Origin: Brevinematales bacterium
GTDB lineage: Bacteria > Spirochaetota > Brevinematia > Brevinematales > Thermospiraceae
NCBI GenBank assembly: GCA_026417555.1
Contig: JAOADA010000001.1
Location: 273,245-337,244, forward strand
Reading direction: 5' to 3'
Length of the DNA: 64,000 bases
In this document: positions 53,551 to 63,143 of the stretch, piece after piece
Position numbering within the stretch: position 1 is the stretch's first letter
How the letters are laid out: each line of letters opens with the position of its first letter
Made by a program: the position numbers and the translations under genes
The notes under the pieces: generated by a model
The model's database searches: none
The model's input: only the letters and a program-made list of their open reading frames with translations
What the model was told of the DNA's origin: nothing

Positions 53551-55218
53551 ATGAAAAGGAAAGCTGTTTTTCGAGCCAAAATTGTAGCTGTGACACTCCC
53601 CCTTCTCATTCTCACGGTGGTTTTTGTTGGATTTACAGCGTATTATACCGCTCGTAATGGGATCACAGCGATAGCCAAAGAGTTTCTTGGTTACAAGGTG
53701 ATGGATATTTACAAGTATACTTCTCGCCAAGTCACTCTTGCCAAAGAAATGGGATTTGAGGGAGAACAGAGAGATGCTGTCTATGAATCTCTCTTTTCCT
53801 ATGGTCTGAGTACGCTCTCTGGAACAAAAGGGGGGTTTCTTCTCTTGGGTCGGGATGGGAAGCTCCTCCGAAGTAGTCTCGAAATGACAGAAGAAGAGAA
53901 GAAAACTCTTCATGCCAAGCTTCTTGAGAAAGAAGGGGGGTGGCTCGAGTTTTCTGTTCATGGTGTGCCTTATGTAGGGGTAGGTATGTATTATTCTGAG
54001 TGGGAGATCTTTCTTCTGTTGGCGAATGAGCGAGAGGAGTTTTATAAACCTGTGAATACCATCCTATGGTATGTGACAGTTATTTTGGGTATTGCAGTGG
54101 TCATCGCTGGTGGGGTCATGCTTTGGTATCTCAAGCATCTCATGAAACCGGTTGGGGATTTAGTGGAAACTATTGAGACAATTACTCAAACGAGGGATCT
54201 TTCCAAGCGAGTGAGAGTAGAGTATAATGATGAAATAGGGTATCTTGCTCATTCCTTCAATACGATGGTGAGAGAACTGGAATTGGCATATCATCAAATC
54301 AAAAACTATGCCTACCAAACGATACAAGCGAAAAACAAAGAGGAGAAAATCCGTTTTATTTTCCAAAAATATGTGCCTACAGAGGTTATTAACCGAATTT
54401 TGAATATCTCTTCCGATACGGTTTTGATTGGGAACAAACAAGTTGTGACCATTCTGTTTTCTGATATTCGGGATTTTACCCATATTTCTGAACAGTTTGC
54501 TCCTGATTTTCTGGTAACGGTACTCAACCAGTATTTTAGCATTATGGACGAGAGAATTCGTTCTCACAAAGGGATTATTGACAAGTATATTGGGGATGCT
54601 ATCATGGCAATTTTTGGGGCACCGGTGCAGCATGGAAATGATCCTGATGAGGCTCTTGCAGCAGCTTTTGCGATGCGGGAGGGTGTGGAAGTGTTTAATG
54701 CGATGGCTGAGAAAAAGTACGGAGTGACTTTTCGTATTGGTATAGGGATCAATACGGGAGAGGCTATTGTAGGGAATATTGGGAGCGAAAACAAGGTGGA
54801 TTATACCGTGATAGGAGATACGGTTAATCTTGCTTCTCGGTTAGAGAGCCTCACCAAAAAATACAAAGCTGGGGTGGTGGTGAGTGAGTTTACCCGTGAG
54901 GCTCTCCAGAATCCTGAGATCTATTATTTTCGTCTTTTGGATTTCGTGAGGGTGAAGGGAAAGGACAAACCTGTGAGGATTTATGAACCATTTCTAGTTG
55001 ATGAGGTGACAGAAAAAAAAGCCTACTACCAACATTTTGAACATGGCTTAAAGCTCTACCAACATGGTGATTTTCCGAAAGCTCTTCAGGTATTTGAGGA
55101 GTGTCTGAAGCAAGATAGTCATGATTATTTGCCCTATATGTATCTTGAGCGTTGTCAATACTATATTGCGAATCCCCCTGTAGGCTGGGATGGAACAGAG
55201 ACTCTTTTGGAGAAATAG
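53551..55218 (+). CDS. Class III adenylate/guanylate cyclase with periplasmic sensor, HAMP and C-terminal TPR-like tail
   Basis: ATG 1 nt after the upstream stop. Two TM helices flank a ~150-aa sensor. HAMP (DEIGYLAHSFNTM). Cyclase core VTILFSDIRDFT...GDAIMAIFGAP...GINTGEAIVGNIGS...YTVIGDTVNLASR. Confidence 0.85.
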   Translation: MKRKAVFRAKIVAVTLPLLILTVVFVGFTAYYTARNGITAIAKEFLGYKVMDIYKYTSRQVTLAKEMGFEGEQRDAVYESLFSYGLSTLSGTKGGFLLLGRDGKLLRSSLEMTEEEKKTLHAKLLEKEGGWLEFSVHGVPYVGVGMYYSEWEIFLLLANEREEFYKPVNTILWYVTVILGIAVVIAGGVMLWYLKHLMKPVGDLVETIETITQTRDLSKRVRVEYNDEIGYLAHSFNTMVRELELAYHQIKNYAYQTIQAKNKEEKIRFIFQKYVPTEVINRILNISSDTVLIGNKQVVTILFSDIRDFTHISEQFAPDFLVTVLNQYFSIMDERIRSHKGIIDKYIGDAIMAIFGAPVQHGNDPDEALAAAFAMREGVEVFNAMAEKKYGVTFRIGIGINTGEAIVGNIGSENKVDYTVIGDTVNLASRLESLTKKYKAGVVVSEFTREALQNPEIYYFRLLDFVRVKGKDKPVRIYEPFLVDEVTEKKAYYQHFEHGLKLYQHGDFPKALQVFEECLKQDSHDYLPYMYLERCQYYIANPPVGWDGTETLLEK

Positions 55219-55219
55219 G

Positions 55220-55726
55220 ATGAAGAAGAAGTGGGAAACCTGGGATCGTCGACTGATTCAGACAGTGATCCGTTCTGCCACTAAACACTATCTTCGGGAG
55301 CGGCTTGGGAAAACCGAGGATGAGAATGTAGAGATTGGGATAGAGTATCCTATTCTCAAGAATCTCCTTGGTGTGCAGGTCGAAGAGGGGGTACTTCGGA
55401 TTGTCCATGTTTCAGAGAGATTCTTTCAAGCATTTTTGCAAGATCTTGTAGGAGTACACAAGGTTTCAGGTCATTGGCAATGTGTAGGAACCAATGACGT
55501 TACTGTGGTACAACACTGGATAGAGAGATTGGGACTTGAACCCCTTGATACCGAGACCGTAGGGGGATATGTGTTGAATCATGAGCTTGTAGAGTGGATA
55601 GAAGAGCCGTTTTCTGGTATTCAGATGCGCTATCGTTCAGGAAAGACAAAGCTCCTTGTCTTGTACAAGATGTTTTTCTTGATTTCTGATTCGGGTATCT
55701 ATATAATAATTGAAAAACTTTCCTAG
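55220..55726 (+). CDS. Hypothetical protein with a CorC/HlyC-like C-terminal segment (tentative)
   Basis: ATG 1 nt after the cyclase stop. The C-terminal ...LDTETVGGYVLNHELVEWIEEPFSGIQMRY... resembles transporter-associated CorC_HlyC domains. Confidence 0.45.
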   Translation: MKKKWETWDRRLIQTVIRSATKHYLRERLGKTEDENVEIGIEYPILKNLLGVQVEEGVLRIVHVSERFFQAFLQDLVGVHKVSGHWQCVGTNDVTVVQHWIERLGLEPLDTETVGGYVLNHELVEWIEEPFSGIQMRYRSGKTKLLVLYKMFFLISDSGIYIIIEKLS

Positions 55727-55735
55727 GGGAAGACA

Positions 55736-56876
55736 ATGGGAGCACTTCTTGAGAAGATAGAAGCCATGGAGAGTCAACTTCTTGATAATTGGAGGGTACT
55801 TTGACATCGATGGCAAACGAGAAGAGGAAAAGAAACTCCAGGCCAAACTCCAAGATGAAAATCTTTGGCAAGATCACAAGAAATACAGTGATCTTCAGAA
55901 AGCATTGAGCGATCTTCAAAAAGAAATTGCTGATTGGGTTACTTTTCGAGAGAGGCTTGAGGATCTGAAGGCAATGGTATCGCTTGCCGAAGAAGAAAAC
56001 GATGATGCTCTTCTTGAAGAGCTTGGGAAGGAATATGAAACCCTGGGCAAAGAACTCAAACAACTCGAACTCTACATGCTCTTTTCTGAGGAAGTCGACA
56101 GGGGAAATGCATTTTTGAATATTCATCCTGGGGCAGGTGGTACAGAGTCGCAAGATTGGGGGGAAATGCTTCTTCGAATGTATCAGAGATGGGCGGAACG
56201 ACACCGTTTCACAGTCGAGGTGGTAAACTATGATCCCGGTGAAGTAGCCGGTATCAAAGATGCCACCCTCTATATCAAAGGTCGGTATGCCTATGGGTAT
56301 CTCAAGGCAGAGAGTGGTATTCATCGATTGGTGAGACTTTCTCCCTTCAATGCGAATAACAAGAGACAGACCTCTTTTTGTGCTGTAACGGTGACCCCTG
56401 AAGTTGATGATACGATTGAGGTGGAGATCAATCCTGATGATCTTCGGATTGACACGTATCGAGCTGGTGGCGCAGGTGGGCAATATGTAAACAAAACAGA
56501 ATCTGCGGTTCGTATTACGCACCTTCCTACGGGTATTGTCGTGGCTTGTCAAGTAGAACGTTCTCAGCTTCAAAACCGAGAAATGGCCATGAGGATGCTT
56601 CGTTCCAAACTGTACGAATATGAACGCCAAAAACGAGAAGCAGAGCTTGCAAAACTTCAACCAGAAAAGAAAAATATCGAATGGGGAAATCAAATTCGGA
56701 GTTATGTATTTCAACCCTATACGATGGTTAAAGACCATAGAACAGATGTTGAGGTAGGGGATATCCAGTCTGTGATGGATGGAGAACTTGACGAATTTAT
56801 TATGGCCTACTTGAAAAGTCGACTAACGCAGAGGGCTACAGTTTCTTCACAGGACAAACTTGAAAAAAATGTATGA
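55736..56876 (+). CDS. prfB: Peptide chain release factor 2 (programmed +1 frameshift at codon 23)
   Basis: Frame 0 from ATG 55736 gives [22 protein letters not shown] then TGA. The +1 frame continues DIDGKREE... through the RF2-specific SPF and GGQ motifs to 56876. Confidence 0.93.
55791..55805 (+). promoter_or_regulatory. RF2 autoregulatory +1 frameshift site
   Basis: GGAGGG (internal SD) - TA - CTT TGA C. CTT is at 55799-55801, the in-frame TGA at 55802-55804, and the shifted codon GAC at 55803-55805. Confidence 0.85.
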
Positions 56877-56917
56877 TTTCTTCATAATGATAGCAGAGAA
56901 GAGAAAGAGGAGTATAT

Positions 56918-57808
56918 ATGTTGACCTACCAGGAGATTATTTTTCGTTTGAAGAAATTCTGGGGAGATCAGGGTTGTCTTATTCGAGAGCCTTATGATCT
57001 TGAGAAGGGTGCCGGGACCTTTAATCCTGATACCTTTCTTCGTGCTATTGGGCCAGAACCATGGAATGTTGCGTATGTTGAGCCTTCACGTCGTCCTGCA
57101 GATGGTCGGTATGGTGAAAATCCCAATCGACTTGGGTATTATTTTCAGTTTCAAGTGATTATGAAGCCATCTCCTGATAATATTCAGGAGCTTTATCTTC
57201 AGAGTTTACAAGAGTTGGGGTTAGATCTGAGAGATCAGGATATTCGTTTTGTGCATGATGATTGGGAATCTCCTACTCTGGGAGCGTGGGGGTTAGGATG
57301 GGAGGTATGGCTGAATGGGATGGAGATTACACAGTTTACCTATTTTCAGCAGGTTGGGGGATTGGATCTCCCTTCTATTCCCGTAGAGATTACCTATGGG
57401 ACAGAACGGATTGCGATGTATCTTCAGAACAAGAATAATGTCTTTGATATTCAGTGGAATGAGCAATTCACCTATGGGGATCTTCAAAAACAAGAAGAGG
57501 TGGAGTTTTCTCGGTATCATTTTGAGATTGCGGATATAGAACTTTATCGACGTTTGTTTGATGATTTTGAGAAGGAATGTGAGAAGGCTCTCGAGGCAGA
57601 TGCCGTGCTACCTGCCTATGATTTGACGATGAAGTGTTCACATGTGTTTAATATTCTTGATGCTCGCAATGCTATTTCTGTAACCCAGCGGGAAGGGTAT
57701 ATTTTAAGGGTGCGAAGATTGGCCTCTCTCTGTGCTCAGGCGTATTACAAGAAAAGAGAAGCCTTGGGGTTTCCTCTTTTGAAAGATGCGAAGGGTGTTT
57801 CAGCTTGA
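56918..57808 (+). CDS. glyQ: Glycine--tRNA ligase alpha subunit GlyQ
   Basis: 296-aa ORF with [21 protein letters not shown]-type N-terminus, [18 protein letters not shown] and [16 protein letters not shown] are canonical. Confidence 0.95.
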   Translation: MLTYQEIIFRLKKFWGDQGCLIREPYDLEKGAGTFNPDTFLRAIGPEPWNVAYVEPSRRPADGRYGENPNRLGYYFQFQVIMKPSPDNIQELYLQSLQELGLDLRDQDIRFVHDDWESPTLGAWGLGWEVWLNGMEITQFTYFQQVGGLDLPSIPVEITYGTERIAMYLQNKNNVFDIQWNEQFTYGDLQKQEEVEFSRYHFEIADIELYRRLFDDFEKECEKALEADAVLPAYDLTMKCSHVFNILDARNAISVTQREGYILRVRRLASLCAQAYYKKREALGFPLLKDAKGVSA

Positions 57809-58400
57809 ACAGAGCCTACCTTCTGGAGATCATGTCTTAGGGAGATTGGGGTATAATCCTACAAAGGCAGAGATCTCGGATTGGCGCTCTCAGATTGAGC
57901 AGGCTATTGGAGAGTTTGCTCCCCTTCTGAGTGCCAAGGGGATCGTGAAAATAGTCAAAGTTGTTTCTCGGAGTGAAGAACACGTCGCTCTCGAGGGGGG
58001 GCTTGTCTTGGTTTCTCAAAAACTGGCCCGCATACTTTCATCAAGCGATGAGGTGTCAGTACTTGCTGCCACGTTGGGTGTGAAGGTAGTGGAAAAAATA
58101 GAAAACCTCTTAGAGGCAAAAGAGATCGCCAAAGCGGCTATTCTTGATGCCATAGCAAGTGAGTCTGTGGAACATTTTGTGGATTGGATGCAGGCGATTC
58201 TGGTTCGTGAGAGACTAAGATTGGGGTATGCCCCTACTATGCGGTTTAGTCCTGGCTATGGAGATTGGCGCCTGGATGTTCAACCACAGATTTTGACATT
58301 TTTGGGAGCGGAAGAAATTGGTCTCTCGTCACATCCGCAAACCTATGTGCTTCAGCCTGAGAAGAGTATTACAGCTGTTCTTGGTTGGGAAAAAAGATAA
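57786..58400 (+). CDS. Stand-alone methionine-synthase (MetH) activation-domain-like protein
   Basis: 204-aa ORF overlapping glyQ by 23 nt. VLGRLGY..., AILDAIASE... and RFSPGYGDW...Q resemble the 'vitamin B12-dependent methionine synthase activation region' family. Confidence 0.65.
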   Translation: MRRVFQLEQSLPSGDHVLGRLGYNPTKAEISDWRSQIEQAIGEFAPLLSAKGIVKIVKVVSRSEEHVALEGGLVLVSQKLARILSSSDEVSVLAATLGVKVVEKIENLLEAKEIAKAAILDAIASESVEHFVDWMQAILVRERLRLGYAPTMRFSPGYGDWRLDVQPQILTFLGAEEIGLSSHPQTYVLQPEKSITAVLGWEKR

Positions 58401-58452
58401 GTATTTGAGAGAAGAACCTCTTTTGCCGATATAAGCAGAGAGTAGGGGTATC

Positions 58453-59667
58453 ATGCCGAGAAAGAATCCACTTCTTGACTTTGCTTTTCGTGAACTTCAG
58501 TTGAAAGATAAACTTCTTGAGGTTCTTATTCGTGTCCAGAGTTGTCATCCCGAGGAGAGCGAGGATATTCTTCTTCGGATTTTCCTTGAGGCTTTTCTTT
58601 CGCTTTTTGGTTTTGAGCGAGCTGTTTATTTTCGTTTCGAAAAGGGAAAGGGGTTGCAATGGGCTTTGTCTCTCAATATAGAGCCTGCCGAAAAGGAAAA
58701 ACCCTATTTTTCTCATATGATGTCGGATATAGTAGAGGCATCCGTCTCCCTTCGCTGGATGCAACAACGAGTTCCTGTAATAAAAGATGAAAAAGAGGTT
58801 TTTCTCACATTTTTGGTACTCCCAGTCGCCAGAGAAAAAACTCTCTATGGGGTTTTTTATGTTGATATTGAAAATCACTCAGAAAGCCTGGATATTGACC
58901 TCATTCATATCCTTGTGGTTCAGGCAAGTTTGTCTTTGTATTATCGTCAAATGTATGAGGTAACACGCTCTCAACAGATAGAACTCTTGAAATTGGCCAA
59001 TTTCAAGAATGAGATTGTACGTCAGATTACCGCGAATATAGAGGGACCTCTTGAAAAAACTCTTCATTTTATGGAAACGATAAAAATGGATGTCCCTGAG
59101 AGTTGTGCCTCTCATTTTGGTGAGATTCATAAAAGACTCTCTCAGATTTTTCTGACACTCGAGAAGACACTGAACCTTGGCAAGATTGGGGCAAATATTG
59201 AGGATATCTTTCAAAAAGATGTCGATATTCGCCTCATGATAGATCGTATTCTCAAAAACTATGAGAAAGAAATCAAGAAACGCCATCTTGAGGTTGAGGT
59301 TCGCATTCATGACCGTTTTCCCTTGCTCAAAGGAAATGAGGATATTTTCCGTACTATTTTTGATGAATTGATCAGTAATGCCATCTACTACAATCGGGAA
59401 AAGGGAAGAATCGTTCTTTATGCCTATCAAGATAGCCGTGGGTATGTTATTGAGATTCGAGATACAGGAAGAGGGATACCTCTTGAGTTTCAACCCTTGA
59501 TTTTTGAACAATTTTATCGTCTTCCCGGTTCGGAGAAACTCAATGACAAGGGAGCGGGTCTTGGATTGTTTCTTGTCCGAAAGTTTCTCGCGTATTATGG
59601 AGCAACCGTGTCGGTAGAGAGTATTGAAGGGGAAGGCTCTGTGTTCACCGTTGTCTTTCCGTTATAA
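58453..59667 (+). CDS. Cytoplasmic GAF-like sensor histidine kinase
   Basis: 404-aa ORF with an N-terminal GAF-like region. The HisKA region is unusual in that no clear H-box His can be seen by eye. HATPase has N-box ELISNAIYYN, G1 IRDTGRGIP, G2 GAGLGLFLV. Confidence 0.75.
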   Translation: MPRKNPLLDFAFRELQLKDKLLEVLIRVQSCHPEESEDILLRIFLEAFLSLFGFERAVYFRFEKGKGLQWALSLNIEPAEKEKPYFSHMMSDIVEASVSLRWMQQRVPVIKDEKEVFLTFLVLPVAREKTLYGVFYVDIENHSESLDIDLIHILVVQASLSLYYRQMYEVTRSQQIELLKLANFKNEIVRQITANIEGPLEKTLHFMETIKMDVPESCASHFGEIHKRLSQIFLTLEKTLNLGKIGANIEDIFQKDVDIRLMIDRILKNYEKEIKKRHLEVEVRIHDRFPLLKGNEDIFRTIFDELISNAIYYNREKGRIVLYAYQDSRGYVIEIRDTGRGIPLEFQPLIFEQFYRLPGSEKLNDKGAGLGLFLVRKFLAYYGATVSVESIEGEGSVFTVVFPL

Positions 59668-59670
59668 TTT

Positions 59671-59699
59671 TTGCAAAAAAAAATCTCTTTCGCTACAAT
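59671..59699 (+). promoter_or_regulatory. Sigma-70 promoter (TTGCAA-17-TACAAT) upstream of pyk
   Basis: -35 at 59671-59676 and -10 at 59694-59699. Confidence 0.6.
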
Positions 59700-59739
59700 A
59701 TACTCTCAAAATTTTTGAAGAGAAATGCGAGGGGAAGAT

Positions 59740-61191
59740 ATGAAGCGTTTTACCAAAATTGTGGCCACCATTGGGCCAGCGTCACGGAACTATCCGACAG
59801 TGTATAAGATTCTTGAGGCAGGGGCTAATGTGATCCGTCTCAATTTTTCCCATGGAAGTTTTGATGACCATCTTGAAAGTGTCACCTATGTTCGAAAAGC
59901 GGCCAAGGAACTTGACAAAGTCGTGGCTATTTTTCAGGATTTACAGGGGCCAAAAATCCGTGTGGGAAAACTGGATGCAGAATGGATGGAGCTTGTGGCT
60001 GGGGATACGTTAGTTATCACGACTGAGCAGATGGTTGGGGGGATTATCGATGGACAGAAGAAGGTTTCTATTGACTATCAGAACCTTCACAACGAAGCCA
60101 AAGTAGGGGGACGGATTCTTCTTGATGATGGGCTTATAGAACTCAGGATTCAGAAAATTGAAAATACCAATATCTATACCGAAGTGATCAATGGTGGAAA
60201 GCTCAAACCTCGTAAAGGGGTAAATCTTCCCCATATCAAACTCAATATTTCAGCTATTACGGAGAAGGATAGGCATGATCTCAAGTTTGCTTTTGAACAT
60301 AATTTGGATTATGTAGCGCTTTCCTTTGTTCGGTGTGCGGATGATGTGAAAGAGCTTATCGATATCATGCTTCGTGAATATGGGAGAAGAATTCCCATTA
60401 TTTCCAAGATTGAGAAGCCAGAGGCTGTCGAGGATATTGACAATATCATCGATGTGAGTGATGCTATCATGGTGGCTCGTGGGGATCTTGGAGTGGAGAC
60501 GTCCCCTCAGGAGGTTCCCGTCATTCAGAAGATGATCATCCGGAAGTGTAATATTGCCGGAAAGCCAGTGATCACCGCTACCCAGATGCTTGAATCGATG
60601 GTGAACAATCCCCGTCCTACACGGGCTGAGGCAAACGATGTGGCCAATGCTATCTTTGATGGTACCGACGCCGTGATGCTTTCGGCTGAAAGTGCTGCGG
60701 GCCAGTATCCTGTTGAGGCTGTAAAGATGATGGCTCAGATTGCTGCTCAAGTAGAGAATAGTGATCTCTTTGAAAAAATGTTGTCAGGTCGGACGGTGAC
60801 GCAGGCAGAGCTCATGAAACGTTCTCGCAAGAATGTGATGGAATCCATCAGTTTTGCTACCGTGGAGCTTGCCCACAAGATTGGGGCCAAATATATTGTT
60901 TCTTTTACCCATAGTGGGGGAACCGCCAAGAGTGTAGCCAAGTATCGTTTCCCTATCCCTATCATTGGTTTTAGTCCTTCGGAGGTGACAGCTCGTCGAC
61001 TGGCACTTGTGTGGGGGGTGACTCCGTATGAACTGGGAGAGGTTTCGACGGTAAATGAACTTCTTGATGGGGCAGGAGAAGTCTTGCGGTTCAAACAGCT
61101 TGTTCATGAAGGGGATTTTGTGGTGATCACAGCAGGTGTCCCTGTTGGTATTCCCGGAAGTACCAATATGATCAAGGTATGGCAGGCATAA
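59740..61191 (+). CDS. pyk: Pyruvate kinase
   Basis: ATG after GAGGGGAAG. TKIVATIGPAS, NFSHG, MVARGDLGVE and ESMV..PRPTRAE motifs. Confidence 0.95.
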   Translation: MKRFTKIVATIGPASRNYPTVYKILEAGANVIRLNFSHGSFDDHLESVTYVRKAAKELDKVVAIFQDLQGPKIRVGKLDAEWMELVAGDTLVITTEQMVGGIIDGQKKVSIDYQNLHNEAKVGGRILLDDGLIELRIQKIENTNIYTEVINGGKLKPRKGVNLPHIKLNISAITEKDRHDLKFAFEHNLDYVALSFVRCADDVKELIDIMLREYGRRIPIISKIEKPEAVEDIDNIIDVSDAIMVARGDLGVETSPQEVPVIQKMIIRKCNIAGKPVITATQMLESMVNNPRPTRAEANDVANAIFDGTDAVMLSAESAAGQYPVEAVKMMAQIAAQVENSDLFEKMLSGRTVTQAELMKRSRKNVMESISFATVELAHKIGAKYIVSFTHSGGTAKSVAKYRFPIPIIGFSPSEVTARRLALVWGVTPYELGEVSTVNELLDGAGEVLRFKQLVHEGDFVVITAGVPVGIPGSTNMIKVWQA

Positions 61192-61205
61192 GTGAGAGAA
61201 AGGTA

Positions 61206-61234
61206 TTGATTTTTTTGGATAGTTTCGCTATAAT
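61206..61234 (+). promoter_or_regulatory. Sigma-70 promoter (TTGATT-17-TATAAT) upstream of yajC-secDF
   Basis: -35 at 61206-61211 and -10 at 61229-61234. Confidence 0.6.
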
Positions 61235-61265
61235 GGTGTGCCGAGTATAAAAATGGAGGAAAGAT

Positions 61266-61577
61266 ATGTGGAATTGGTTGTTGTTGCAAGCCCAAACTAC
61301 AGAAGGGGGTGGTCTGTCCCTGTTTTTGATGCCCCTTCTTCTCATTGTTGGTATGTATGTTTTGATTTTTTTGCCAGAAAGGAAACGCCGAAAGGCTTTG
61401 GAAAAGCAACTAGCTGCATTACGCCAGGGTGATCGGGTGATTACGAATGGTGGTATTGTAGGCACAGTGGACTTTGTGGGTGAAAAAACAGTGTATATCA
61501 AAACAGCTGAGGCAAAGATTGAGGTGAGAAAAGATTTTATCGCGGCTGTGATTACGCCCGAGGCAGAGAAAAAATAG
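61266..61577 (+). CDS. yajC: Preprotein translocase subunit YajC
   Basis: 103-aa ORF with one TM helix, then RKRRKALEKQLAALRQGDRVITNGGIVGTV, which is canonical YajC. Confidence 0.9.
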   Translation: MWNWLLLQAQTTEGGGLSLFLMPLLLIVGMYVLIFLPERKRRKALEKQLAALRQGDRVITNGGIVGTVDFVGEKTVYIKTAEAKIEVRKDFIAAVITPEAEKK

Positions 61578-61586
61578 GGAGGAACT

Positions 61587-63125
61587 ATGAGCAAGCTTTT
61601 TCGCTTTGTTCTTCTCCTGGTTTTGGTAGCACTAGGGTTTTGGGGAATGTGGCCCACAATATCATGGTATTTTCTTTTGCCTCAGGAAACAAAAGATCTT
61701 GTCAAGGTGTCTGAGGAGGAGATGGATAAGCTTTCCCCAGAATTGAGGAAACAGGTGATACAAACCAAGGCCTTGCGCAAGAGGGTAATGAATCTGGGAC
61801 TGGATCTTCAGGGAGGAGCCAACTTGCTTCTTGAAGTGGATGCTGATGAGCTTCGGGCCATGCTTACTGAGAAGGGGACAGGGGAATTGTCTGAAACGGC
61901 TTTTCGTGAGGAGCTAGACAAAGCCAATGAACGTGCCGTCGAGATTCTTAAAAACCGTATGGATACGTTTGGGGTAAGTGAGGTGTCTATTGCAAAAACT
62001 TTTGATGGACGTATTAGTGTAGAGATGCCCGGTGTGAGTGAACCCCAAATTATTCGAGAGTCTCTCTCCAAAGTAGGACGTCTTGAGTTTAAACTGGTTG
62101 ATGAAGAGGCCATGAAAAAATTGGCCGAGCTTGGAGTTCCCATGGCCAATGGAGTGGTGATCAGTCTTCAAAATGTTCCAACAAACTTTGTGATGCCAGC
62201 AGAGAGTGAGTGGTATCCTTTCTATGAGAATGATGAGTATGGGATTCCTCGTTTGCGTGGTTGGTATGTTCTCAAGAAGGAAACAGTATTGGATGGTACC
62301 TATATCGAGAGTGCTCGTTCGGATATGAATCCTACAACAGGACAACCAGTCGTTTCTTTTAGTCTCACCATCGAAGGGGCTGAGATTTTTGCTGATGTAA
62401 CACGCCAGAATGTGGGACGACGGCTTGCGATTGTTTTGGATGGTCGTGTCAAGAGTGCACCTTTTATTAATTCTGAGATTCCTGGAGGAAAAGGAGAAAT
62501 TTCTGGTCGTTTTACCTACCAGGAAACCGATTTTCTTGCCAATATTCTCAAGGCAGGAGCCCTTCCTGTGAAGTTGAATGTAGTTGAAGAACGGATTGTA
62601 GGACCTTCGCTTGGTGCCGATGCGATTGAGGGAGGGACGAATGCCCTTGTCGTGGCTATTGTGGTGGTGGCACTCTTTATGGTCGTGTGGTATAAAGGGA
62701 GTGGATTGATAGCCGTGATAGGTCTCGTGTTTAACATGTATTTCCTTTTGGCTATTCTCTCTGGTCTTCTCAAGGCTACGCTCACCCTTTCGGGTATTGC
62801 GGGGATGGCACTGACGGTGGGTATGGCGGTGGATGCCAATGTGATTATCTTTAGCCGGATCCGTGAGGAACTCAAGCGTCAATCGAAGTTTAGACATGCG
62901 ATGGAGGAGGGGTACAAGCATGCCTCAACGACTATTTGGGATTCGAACTTGACGACATTTTTTGCAGCGGTAGCGCTCTCCCTTTTTGGAACGGGGAGCA
63001 TCAAAGGGTTTGGAACGACGCTGGCAGCAGGTATTATTGCCAATATGTTTGCCATGTTGTTTGTGACACGACTTGTGTATGACTTTTTGCTTGATACCCT
63101 TAAACTGAAAAAGGTATCGATTTAG
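61587..63125 (+). CDS. secD: Protein translocase subunit SecD
   Basis: 512-aa ORF with GGGAGG RBS. LGLDLQGG, a large periplasmic domain, and the C-terminal six-TM SecD/F fold (LTLSGIAGMALTVGMAVDANVIIFSRIREE). Confidence 0.95.
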   Translation: MSKLFRFVLLLVLVALGFWGMWPTISWYFLLPQETKDLVKVSEEEMDKLSPELRKQVIQTKALRKRVMNLGLDLQGGANLLLEVDADELRAMLTEKGTGELSETAFREELDKANERAVEILKNRMDTFGVSEVSIAKTFDGRISVEMPGVSEPQIIRESLSKVGRLEFKLVDEEAMKKLAELGVPMANGVVISLQNVPTNFVMPAESEWYPFYENDEYGIPRLRGWYVLKKETVLDGTYIESARSDMNPTTGQPVVSFSLTIEGAEIFADVTRQNVGRRLAIVLDGRVKSAPFINSEIPGGKGEISGRFTYQETDFLANILKAGALPVKLNVVEERIVGPSLGADAIEGGTNALVVAIVVVALFMVVWYKGSGLIAVIGLVFNMYFLLAILSGLLKATLTLSGIAGMALTVGMAVDANVIIFSRIREELKRQSKFRHAMEEGYKHASTTIWDSNLTTFFAAVALSLFGTGSIKGFGTTLAAGIIANMFAMLFVTRLVYDFLLDTLKLKKVSI

Positions 63126-63143
63126 GCAGGCAAGGAGATAACC

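Noticed and set aside
58424-58431. GCCGATAT sigma-28-like -10 upstream of the histidine kinase gene
   Set aside because: No TAAA-like -35 at 15-16 nt upstream, so the match is likely fortuitous.
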